Assembly (NCBI RefSeq): GCF_963921235.1
Contig: NC_086108.1
Location: forward strand, 69,566,001 to 69,630,000
DNA length: 64,000 nucleotides
Source: Mobula hypostoma
Lineage: Eukaryota
Direction: 5' to 3'
The notes under the pieces were generated by a model, which saw only the letters and a program-made list of their open reading frames with translations, did no database searches and was not told where the DNA came from. The position numbers and the translations under genes are program-made. Below are positions 47,101 to 59,100 of the stretch, piece by piece; the first letter of the stretch is position 1, and every line of letters starts with the position of its first letter.

Positions 47101-50100
47101 GTTGAGAGTGAGGGAACGGGGACTGCAGCACATTGAGAGTGAGGAAACGGGGACTGCAGCACGTTGAGAGTGAGGGAACCGGGACTGCAGCACGTTGAGA
47201 GTGAGGGAACCGGGAGTGCAGCACGTTGAGACTGAGGGGACCGGGAGTGCAGCACGTTGAGACTGAGGGAACCGGGATTGCAGCACGTTGAGAGTGAGGG
47301 ATCCGGGAGTGTAGCACGTTGAGAGTGAGGAAACCGGGACTGCAGCACGTTGAGAGTGAGGGAACCGGGAGTGCAGCACGTTGAGAGTGAGGGAACCTGG
47401 ACTGCAGCACATTGAGAGTCAGGGAACCGGGACTGCAGCACATTGAGAGTGAGGGAACCGGGAGTGTAGCACGTTGAGAGTGAGGGAACCGGGAGTGCAG
47501 CACGTTGAGACTGAGGGAACCGGGAGTGCAGCACGTTGAGACTGAGGGAACGGGGACTGCAGCACGTTGAGAGTGAGGGAACCGGGAGTGCAGCACGTTG
47601 AGAGTGAGGGAACGGGGACTGCAGCACGTTGAGAGTGAGGGAACCGGGACTGCAGCACATTGAGACTGAGGGAACCGGGAGTGCAGCACGTTGAGACTGA
47701 GGGAACCGGGAGTGCAGCACGTTGAGACTGAGGGAACGGGGACTGCAGCACGTTGAGAGTGAGGGAACGGGGACTGCAGCACGTTCAGAGTGAGGGAACC
47801 GGGAGTGCAGCACGTTGAGACTGAGGGAACCGGGAGTGCAGCACGTTGAGAGTGAGGGAACCGGGAGTGCAGCACGTTGAGAGTGAGGGAACCGGGACTG
47901 CAGCACATTGAGAGTGAGGGAACCGGGAGTGCAGCACGTTGAGAGTGAGGGAACCGGGACTGCAGCACGTTGAGAGTGAGGGAACCGGGACTGCAGCACA
48001 TTGAGAGTGAGGGAACCGGGACTGCAGCACATTGAGAGTGAGGGAACCGGGAGTGTAGCACGTTGAGAGTGAGGGAACCGGGAGTGCAGCACGTTGAGAC
48101 TGAGGGAACCGGGAGTGCAGCACGTTGAGACTGAGGGAACCGGGAGTGCAGCACGTTGAGACTGAGGGAACCGGGAGTGCAGCACGTTGAGAGTGAGGGA
48201 ACCGGGACTGCAGCACGTTGAGAGTGAGGGAACGGGGACTGCAGCACGTTGAGAGTGAGGGAACCGGGAGTGCAGCACGTTGAGACTGAGGGAACCGGGA
48301 GTGCAGCACGTTGAGAGTGAGGGAACCGGGATTGCAGCACGTTGAGAGTGAGGGAACGGGGACTGCAGCACGTTGAGAGTGAGGGAACGGGGACTGCAGC
48401 ACGTTGAGAGTGTGGGAACCTGTATTACAGGAACCGGGACTGCAGCACATTGAGAGTGAGGGAACCGGGACTGCAGCACGTTGAGAGTGAGGGAACCGGG
48501 ACTGCAGCACGTTGAGAGTGAGGGAACCGGGACTGCAGCACGTTGAGAGTGAGGGAACCGGGACTGCAGCACGTTGAGAGTGAGGGAACAGGGACTGCAG
48601 CACGTTGAGAGTGAGGGAACAGGGACTGCAGCACGTTGAGAGTGAGGGAACGGGGACTGCAGCGCGTTGAGAGTGAGGGAACGGGGACTGCAGCACGTTG
48701 AGAGTGAGGGAAACGGGGACTGCAGCACATTGAGAGTGAGGGAACAGCGAGTGCAGCACGTTGAGAGTGAGGGATCGGGGACTGCAGCACGTTGAGAGGG
48801 AGGGAACCGGGATTGCAGCGCGTTGAGAGTGAGGGAACGGGGACTGCAGCACGTTGAGAGTGAGGGAACCGGGATTGCAGCGCGTTGAGAGTGAGGAAAC
48901 GGGGACTGCAGCGCATTGAGAGGGAGGGAACGGGGACTGCAGCGCGTTGAGAGGGAGGGAACGGGGACTGCAGCGCGTTGAGAGTGAGGGATCGGGGACT
49001 GCAGCGCGTTGAGAGTGAGGGAACGGGGACTGCAGCGCGTTGAGAGTGAGGGAACGGGGACTGCAGCGCGTTGAGAGTGAGGGAACGGGGACTGCAGCGC
49101 GTTGAGAGTGAGGGAACGGGGACTGCAGCGCGTTGAGAGTGAGGGAACGGGGACTGCAGCGCGTTGAGAGTGAGGGAACGGGGACTGCAGCGCGTTGAGT
49201 GAGGGAACGGGGACTGCAGCGCGTTGAGAGTGAGGGAACGGGGACTGCAGCGCGTTGAGAGTGAGGGAACGGGGACTGCAGCGCGTTGAGAGTGAGGGAA
49301 CGGGGACTGCAGCGCGTTGAGAGTGAGGGAACCGGGACTGCAGCACGTTGAGAGTGAGGGAACGGGGACTGCAGCACGTTGAGAGTGAGGGAACCGGGGA
49401 CTGCAGCAGGTGGAGAGTGAGGGAACGGGGACTGCAGCACGTTGAGAGTGAGCGAACGGGGACTGCAGCACGTTGAGATTGAGGGAACGGGGACTGCAGC
49501 ACGTTGAGAGTGAGGGAACGGGGACTGCAGCACGTTGAGAGTGAGGGAACGGGGACTGCAGCACGTTGAGAGTGAGGGAACGGGGACTGCAGCACGTTGA
49601 GAGTGAGGGAACGGGGACTGCAGCGCGTTGAGAGTGAGGGAACGGGGACTGCAGCACGTTGAGAGTGAGGGAACGGGGACTGCAGCACGTTGAGAGTGAG
49701 GGAAACGGGGACTGCAGCACGTTGAGAGTGAGGGAACAGGGACTGCAGCACGTTGAGAGTGAGGGAACGGGGACTGCAGCACGTTGAGAGGGAGGGAACC
49801 GGGATTGCAGCGCGTTGAGAGTGAGGAAACGGGGACTGCAGCGCGTTGAGAGGGAGGGAACGGGGACTGCAGCGCGTTGAGAGTGAGGGAACGGGGACTG
49901 CAGCGCGTTGAGAGTGAGGGAACGGGGACTGCAGCGCGTTGAGAGTGAGGGATCGGGGACTGCAGCGCGTTGAGAGTGAGGGAACGGGGACTGCAGCGCG
50001 TTGAGAGTGAGGGAACGGGGACTGCAGCGCGTTGAGAGTGAGGGAACGGGGACTGCAGCGCGTTGAGAGTGAGGGAACGGGGACTGCAGCGCGTTGAGAG

Positions 50101-53100
50101 TGAGGGAACGGGGACTGCAGCGCGTTGAGAGTGAGGGAACGGGGACTGCAGCGCGTTGAGAGTGAGGGAACGGGGACTGCAGCGCGTTGAGTGAGGGAAC
50201 GGGGACTGCAGCGCGTTGAGAGTGAGGGAACGGGGACTGCAGCGCGTTGAGAGTGAGGGAACGGGGACTGCAGCGCGTTGAGAGTGAGGGAACGGGGACT
50301 GCAGCGCGTTGAGAGTGAGGGAACGGGGACTGCAGCGCGTTGAGAGTGAGGGAACGGGGACTGCAGCGCGTTGAGAGTGAGGGAACGGGGACTGCAGCGC
50401 GTTGAGAGTGAGGGAACGGGGACTGCAGCGCGTTGAGAGTGAGGGAACGGGGACTGCAGCGCGTTGAGAGTGAGGGAACGGGGAGTGCAGCACGTTGAGA
50501 GTGAGGGAAACGGGGACTGCAGCACATTGAGAGTGAGGGAACAGCGAGTGCAGCACGTTGAGAGTGAGGGATCGGGGACTGCAGCACGTTGAGAGGGAGG
50601 GAACCGGGACTGCAGCGCGTTGAGAGTGAGGAAACGGGGACTGCAGCGCGTTGAGAGGGAGGGAACGGGGACTGCAGCGCGTTGAGAGTCAGGGATCAGG
50701 GACTGCAGCGCATTGAGAGTGAGGGATCGGGGACTGCAGCGCGTTGAGAGTGAGGGATCGGGGACTGCAGCGCGTTGACAGTGAGGGAACGGTGACTGCA
50801 GCGCGTTGAGAGTGAGGAAACGGGGACTGCAGCGCGTTGAGAGTGAGGGAACGGGGACTGCAGCGCGTTGAGAGTGAGGGAACGGGGACTGCAGCGCGTT
50901 GAGAGTGAGGGAACGGGGACTGCAGCGCGTTGAGAGTGAGGGAACGGGGACTGCAGCGCGTTGAGAGTGAGGGAACGGGGACTGCAGCGCATTCAGAGTG
51001 AGGGAACGGGGACTGCAGCGCGTTGAGAGTGAGGGAACGGGGACTGCAGCGCGTTGAGAGTGAGGGAACGGGGACTGCAGCGCGTTGAGAGTGAGGGAAC
51101 GGGGACTGCAGCGCGTTGAGAGTGAGGGAACGGGGACTGCAGCACGTTGAGAGTGAGGGAACGGGGACTGCAGCACGTTGAGAGTGAGGGAACGGGGACT
51201 GCAGCACGTTGAGAGTGAGGGAACGGGGACTGCAGCGCGTTGAGAGTGAGGGAACGGGGACTGCAGCGCGTTGAGAGTGAGGGAACGGGGACTGCAGCGC
51301 GTTGAGAGTGAGGGAACGGGGACTGCAGCGCGTTGAGAGTGAGGGAAAGGGGACTGCAGCGCGTTGAGAGTGAGGGAACGGGGACTGCAGCGCGTTGAGA
51401 GTGAGGGAACGGGGACTGCAGCGCGTTGAGAGTGAGGGAACGGGGACTGCAGCGCGTTGAGAGTGAGGGAACGGGGACTGCAGCGCGTTGAGAGTGAGGG
51501 AACGGGGACTGCAGCGCGTTGAGAGTGAGGGAACGGGGACTGCAGCGCGTTGAGAGTGAGGGAACGGGGACTGCAGCGCGTTGAGAGTGAGGGAACGGGG
51601 ACTGCAGCACGTTGAGAGTGAGGGAACGGGGACTGCAGCGCGTTGAGAGTGAGGGAACGGGGACTGCAGCACGTTGAGAGTGAGGGAACCGGGAATGCAG
51701 CGCGTTGAGAGTGAGGGAACGGGGACTGCAGCACGTTGAGAGTGAGGGAACCGGGACTGCAGCACGTTGAGAGTAAGGGAACGGGGACTGCAGCACGTTG
51801 AGAGTGAGGGAACCGGGACTGCAGCACGTTGAGAGTGAGGGAACGGGGACTGCAGCACGTTGAGAGTGAGGGAACCGGGATTGCAGCACGTTGAGAGTGA
51901 GGGAACGGGGACTGCAGCGCGTTGAGAGTGAGGGAACGGGGACTGCAGCACGTTGAGAGTGAGGGAACCGGGACTGCAGCACGTTGAGAGTGAGGGAACG
52001 GGGACTGCAGCACGTTGAGAGTGAGGGAACCGGGGACTGCAGCACGTGGAGAGTGAGGGAACGGGGACTGCAGCACGTTGAGAGTGAGCGAACGGGGACT
52101 GCAGCACGTTGAGATTGAGGGAACGGGGACTGCAGCACGTTGAGAGTGAGGGAACGGGGACTGCAGCACGTTGAGAGTGAGGGAACGGGGACTGCAGCAC
52201 GTTGAGAGTGAGGGAACGGGGACTGCAGCACGTTGAGAGTGAGGGAACGGGGACTGCAGCACGTTGAGAGTGAGGGAACCGGGATTGCAGCACGTTGAGA
52301 GTGAGGGAACGGGGACTGCAGCACGTTGAGAGTGAGGGAACGGGGACTGCAGCACATTGAGAGTGAGGGAACCGGGATTGCAGCACATTGAGAGTGAGGG
52401 AACCAGGAGTGCAGCACGTTGAGAGTGAGGGAACCGGGACTGCAGCACGTTGAGAGTGAGGGAACGGGGACTGCAGCACGTTGAGAGTGAGGGAACGGGG
52501 ACTGCAGCACGTTGAGAGTGAGGGAACCGGGACTGCAGCACGTTGAGAGTGAGGGAACGTGGACTGCAGCACATTGAGAGTGAGGGAACCGGGATTGCAG
52601 CACGTTGAGAGTGAGGGATCCGGGAGTGTAGCACGTTGAGAGTGAGGGAACCGGGACTGCAGCACATTGAGAGTGAGGGAACCGGGACTGCAGCACATTG
52701 AGAGTGAGGGAACCGGGAGTGTAGCACGTTGAGAGTGAGGGAACCGGGAGTGCAGCACGTTGAGAGTGAGGGAACGGGGACTGCAGCACGTTGAGAGTGA
52801 GGGAACGGGGACTGCAGCACGTTGAGAGTGTGGGAACCTGGATTACAGGAACCGGGACTGCAGCACATTGAGAGTGAGGGAACCGGGACTGCAGCACGTT
52901 GAGAGTGAGGGAACGGGGACTGCAGCACGTTGAGAGTGAGGGAACAGGGACTGCAGCACGTTGAGAGTGAGGGAACGGGGACTGCAGCACGTTGAGAGTG
53001 AGGAAACGGGGACTGCAGCACGTTGAGAGTGAGGGAACCGGGACTGCAGCACGTTGAGAGTGAGGGAACGGGGACTGCAGCACGTTGAGAGTGAGGGAAC

Positions 53101-56100
53101 GGGGACTGCAGCACGTTGAGAGTGAGGAAACGGGGACTGCAGCACGTTGAGAGTGAGGAAACGGGGACTGCAGCACGTTGAGAGTGAGGGAACCGGGACT
53201 GCAGCACGTTGAGACTGAGGGAACCGGGACTGTAGCACGTTGAGAGTGAGGGAACGGGGACTGCAGCACATTGAGAGTGAGGAAACGGGGACTGCAGCAC
53301 GTTGAGAGTGAGGGAACCGGGACTGCAGCACGTTGAGAGTGAGGGAACCGGGAGTGCAGCACGTTGAGACTGAGGGGACCGGGAGTGCAGCACGTTGAGA
53401 CTGAGGGAACCGGGATTGCAGCACGTTGAGAGTGAGGGATCCGGGAGTGTAGCACGTTGAGAGTGAGGGAACCGGGACTGCAGCACGTTGAGAGTGAGGG
53501 AACCGGGAGTGCAGCACGTTGAGAGTGAGGGAACCTGGACTGCAGCACATTGAGAGTGAGGGAACCGGGACTGCAGCACATTGAGAGTGAGGGAACCGGG
53601 AGTGCAGCACGTTGAGAGTGAGGGAACCGGGAGTGCAGCACGTTGAGACTGAGGGAACCGGGAGTGCAGCACGTTGAGACTGAGGGAACGGGGACTGCAG
53701 CACGTTGAGAGTGAGGGAACCGGGAGTGCAGCACGTTGAGAGTGAGGGAACGGGGACTGCAGCACGTTGAGAGTGAGGGAACCGGGACTGCAGCACATTG
53801 AGAGTGAGGGAACCGGGACTGCAGCACGTTGAGAGTGAGGGAACCGGGAGTGCAGCACGTTGAGAGTGAGGGAACGGGGACTGCAGCACGTTGAGAGTGA
53901 GGGAACGGGGACTGCAGCACGTTGAGAGTGAGGGAACCGGGAGTGCAGCACGTTGAGACTGAGGGAACCGGGATTGCAGCACGTTGAGAGTGAGGGATCC
54001 GGGAGTGTAGCACGTTGAGAGTGAGGGAACCGGGACTGCAGCACATTGAGAGTGAGGGAACCGGGAGTGCAGCACGTTGAGAGTGAGGGAACCTGGACTG
54101 CAGCACATTGAGAGTGAGGGAACCGGGACTGCAGCACATTGAGAGTGAGGGAACCGGGACTGCAGCACATTGAGAGTGAGGGAACCGGGAGTGCAGCACG
54201 TTGAGAGTGAGGGAACCGGGAGTGCAGCACGTTGAGAGTGAGGGAACCGGGAGTGCAGCACGTTGAGACTGAGGGAACCGGGAGTGCAGCACGTTGAGAC
54301 TGAGGGAACGGGGACTGCAGCACGTTGAGAGTGAGGGAACGGGGACTGCAGCACGTTGAGAGTGAGGGAACCGGGAGTGCAGCACGTTGAGACTGAGGGA
54401 ACCGGGAGTGCAGCACGTTGAGAGTGAGGGAACCGGGATTGCAGCACGTTGAGAGTGAGGGAACGGGGACTGCAGCACGTTGAGAGTGAGGGAACGGGGA
54501 CTGCAGCACGTTGAGAGTGAGGGAACGGGGACTGCAGCACGTTGAGAGTGAGGGAACGGGGACTGCAGCACGTTGAGAGTGAGGGAACCGGGACTGCAGC
54601 ACGTTGAGAGTGAGGGAACCGGGACTGCAGCACGTTGAGAGTGAGGGAACCGGGACTGCAGCACGTTGAGAGTGAGGGAACCGGGACTGCAGCACGTTGA
54701 GAGTGAGGGAACAGGGACTGCAGCACGTTGAGAGTGAGGGAACGGGGACTGCAGCACGTTGAGAGTGAGGGAACGGGGACTGCAGCACGTTGAGAGTGAG
54801 GGAACGGGGATTGCAGCACGTTGAGAGTGAGGGAACAGGGACTGCAGCACGTTGAGAGTGAGGGAACCGGGAGTGTAGCACGTTGAGAGTGAGGGAACCA
54901 GGAGTGCAGCACGTTGAGAGTGAGGGAACCGGGACTGCAGCACGTTGAGAGTGAGGGAACGGGGACTGCAGCACGTTGAGAGTGAGGGAACGGGGACTGC
55001 AGCACGTTGAGAGTGAGGGAACCGGGACTGCAGCACGTTGAGACTGAGGGAACCGGGAGTGCAGCACGTTAAGAGTGAGGGAACCGGGACTGCAGCACGT
55101 TGAGAGTGAGGGAACGGGGACTGCAGCACGTTGAGAGTGAGGGAACGGGGACTGCAGCACGTGGAGAGTGAGGGAACCGGGATTGCAGCACGTTGAGAGT
55201 GAGGGAACCGGGATTGCAGCACGTTGAGAGTCACGGGACAGGGAGTGCAGCACGTTGACAGTGAGGGGACCGGGACTGCAGCCCGTTGAGAGTGAGGGAA
55301 CAGTGACTGCAGCACGTTGAGAGTGAGGGAACGGGGACTGCAGCACGTTGAGAGTGAGGGAACCGGCAGTGCAGCACGTTGAGAGTGAGGGAACCGGGGA
55401 CTGCAGCACGTTGAGAGTGAGGGAACGGGGACTGCAGCACGTTGAGAGTGAGGGAACGGGGACTGCAGCACGTTGAGAGTGAGGGATCGGGGACTGCAGC
55501 ACGTTGAGAGTGAGGGAACGGAGACTGCAGCACGTTGAGAGTGAGGGAACGGGGACTGCAGCACGTTGAGAGTGAGGGAACGGGGACTGCAGCACGTTGA
55601 GAGTGAGGGAACGGGGACTGCAGCACGTTGAGAGTGAGGGAACGGGGACTGCAGCACGTTGAGAGTGAGGGAACGGGGACTGCAGCACGTTGAGAGTGAG
55701 GGAACGGGGACTGCAGCACGTTGAGAGTGAGGGAACGGGGACTGCAGCACGTTGAGAGTGTGGGAACCTGGATTACCGGAACCGGGACTGCAGCACGTTG
55801 AGAGTGAGGGAACGGGGACTGCAGCACGTTGAGAGTGAGGGAACCGGGACTGCAGCACATTGAGAGTGAGGGAACCGGGACTGCAGCACGTTGAGAGTGA
55901 GGGAACCGGGACTGCAGCACGTTGAGAGTGAGGGAACGGGGACTGCAGCACGTTGAGAGTGAGGGAACGGGGACTGCAGCACGTTGAGAGTGAGGGAACC
56001 GGGACTGCAGCACGTTGAGAGTGAGGGAACGTGGACTGCAGCACATTGAGAGTGAGGGAACCGGGACTGCAGCACGTTGAGAGTGAGGGAACCGGGAGTG

Positions 56101-59100
56101 TAGCACGTTGAGAGTGAGGGAACCGGGACTGCAGCACATTGAGAGTGAGGGAACCGGGACTGCAGCACATTGAGAGTGAGGGAACCGGGAGTGTAGCACG
56201 TTGAGAGTGAGGGAACCAGGAGTGCAGCACGTTGAGACTGAGGGAACCGGGAGTGCAGCACGTTGAGACTGAGGGAACGGGGACTGCAGCACGTTGAGAG
56301 TGAGGGAACGGGGACTGCAGCACGTTGAGAGTGAGGGAACCGGGAGTGCAGCACGTTGAGACTGAGGGAACCGGGGACTGCAGCACGTCGAGAGTGAGGG
56401 AACCGACACTGCAGCACGTCGAGAGTGAGGGAACCGGGGACTGCAGCACGTCGAGAGTGAGGGAACCGGGGACTGCAGCACATCGAGAGTGAGGGAACGG
56501 GGACTGCAGCACGTTGAGAGTGAGGGAACGGGGACTGCAGCACGTTGAGAGTGAGCGAACGGGGACTGCAGCACGTTGAGAGTGAGGGAACGGGGACTGC
56601 AGCACGTTGAGAGTGAGGGAACCGGGACTGCAGCACGTTGAGAGTGAGGGAACGGGGACTGCAGCACGGTGAGAGTGAGGGAACGGGGACTGCAGCACGG
56701 TGAGAGTGAGGGAACGGGGACTGCAGCACGGTGAGAGTGAGGGAACCGGGACTGCAGCGCGTCGAGAGTGAGGGAACCGGGACTGCAGCGCGTCGAGAGA
56801 GGGGGAACCGGGACTGCAGCGCGTCGAGAGAGGGGGAACCGGGACTGCAGCGCGTCGAGAGAGGGGGAACCGGGACTGCAGCGCGTCGAGAGAGGGGGAA
56901 CCGGGACTGCAGCGCGTCGAGAGTGAGGGAACGGGGACTGCAGCGCGTGGAGAGTGAGGGAACGGGGACTGCAGCACGTTGAGAGTGAGGGAACCGGGAC
57001 TGCAGCGCGTTGAGAGTGAGGGAACGGGGACTGCAGCACGTTGAGAGTGAGGGAACGGGGACTGCAGCACGTTGAGAGTGAGGGAACGGGGACTGCAGCG
57101 CGTTGAGAGTGAGGGAACGGGGACTGCAGCGCGTTGAGAGTGAGGGAACGGGGACTGCAGCGCGTTGAGAGTGAGGGAACGGGGACTGCAGCGCGTTGAG
57201 AGTGAGGGAACCGGGACTGCAGCGCGTTGAGAGTGAGGGAACGGGGACTGCAGCACGTTGAGAGTGAGGGAACCGGGGACTGCAGCACGTGGAGAGTGAG
57301 GGAACGGGGACTGCAGCACGTTGAGAGTGAGCGAACGGGGACTGCAGCACGTTGAGATTGAGGGAACGGGGACTGCAGCACGTTGAGATTGAGGGAACGG
57401 GGACTGCAGCACGTTGAGATTGAGGGAACGGGGACTGCAGCACGTTGAGAGTGAGGGAACGGGGACTGCAGCACGTTGAGAGTGAGGGAACGGGGACTGC
57501 AGCACGTTGAGAGTGAGGGAACGGGGACTGCAGCACGTTGAGAGTGAGGGAACGGGGACTGCAGCACGTTGAGAGTGAGGGAACGGGGAGTGCAGCACGT
57601 TGAGAGTGAGGGAACAGGGAGTGCAGCACGTTGAGAGTGAGGGAACGGGGACTGCAGCACGTTGAGAGTGAGGGAACCGGGAGTNNNNNNNNNNNNNNNN
57701 NNNNNNNNNNNNNNNNNNNNNNNNNNNNNNNNNNNNNNNNNNNNNNNNNNNNNNNNNNNNNNNNNNNNNNNNNNNNNNNNNNNNNNNNNNNNNNNNNNNN
57801 NNNNNNNNNNNNNNNNNNNNNNNNNNNNNNNNNNNNNNNNNNNNNNNNNNNNNNNNNNNNNNNNNNNNNNNNNNNNNNNNNNNNCAGCACGTTGAGAGTG
57901 AGGGAACGGGGACTGCAGCACGTTGAGAGTGAGGGAACCGGGACTGCAGCACATTGAGAGTGAGGGAACCGGGACTGCAGCACGTTGAGAGTGAGGGAAC
58001 CGGGACTGCAGCACGTTGAGAGTGAGGGAACCGGGACTGCAGCACGTTGAGAGTGAGGGAACCGGGACTGCAGCACGTTGAGAGTGAGGGAACCGGGACT
58101 GCAGCGCGTTGAGAGTGAGTGAATGGGGACTGCAGCACAGTGAGAGTGAGGGAACGGGGACTGCAGTACGGTGAGAGTGAGGGAACCGGGAGTGCAGCAC
58201 GTTGAGAGTGAGGGAACCGGGACTGCAGCACATTGAGAGTGAGGGAACTGGGAGTGCAGCACGTTGAGAGTGAGGGAACCTGGACTGCAGCACATTGAGA
58301 GTGAGGGAACCGGGATTGCAGCACATTGAGAGTGAGGGAACCGGGACTGCAGCACATTGAGAGTGAGGGAACCGTGAGTGTAGCACGTTGAGAGTGAGGG
58401 AACCGGGAGTGCAGCACGTTGAGACTGAGGGAACCGGGAGTGCAGCACGTTGAGACTGAGGGAACGGGGACTGCAGCACGTTGAGAGTGAGGGAACGGGG
58501 ACTGCAGCACGTTGAGAGTGAGGGAACCGGGAGTGCAGCACGTTGAGACTGAGGGAACCGGGACTGCAGCACGTTGAGAGTGAGGGAACCGGGACTGCAG
58601 CACGTTGAGAGTGAGGGAACGGGGACTGCAGCACGTTGAGAGTGAGGGAACCGGGACTGCAGCACGTTGAGAGTGAGGGAACCGGGACTGCAGCACGTTG
58701 AGAGTGAGGGAACAGGGACTGCAGCACGTTGACAGTGAGGGGACCGGGACTGCAGCCCGTTGAGAGTGAGGGAACAGTGACTGCAGCACGTTGAGAGTGA
58801 GGGAACGGGGACTGCAGCGCGTTGAGAATGAGGAAACCTGGAGTGCAGCACGTTGAGAGTGAGGGAACGGGGACTGCAGCACGTTGAGAGTGAGGGAACG
58901 GGGACTGCAGCACGTTGAGAGTGAGGGAACAGGGACTGCAGCACGTTGAGAGTGAGGGAACCGGGACTGCAGCACGTTGAGAGTGAGGGAACGGGGACTG
59001 CAGCACGTTGAGAGTGAGGGAACGGGGACTGCAGCACGTTGAGAGTGAGGGAACGGGGACTGCAGCACGTTGAGTGTGAGGGAACGGGGACTGCAGCACG

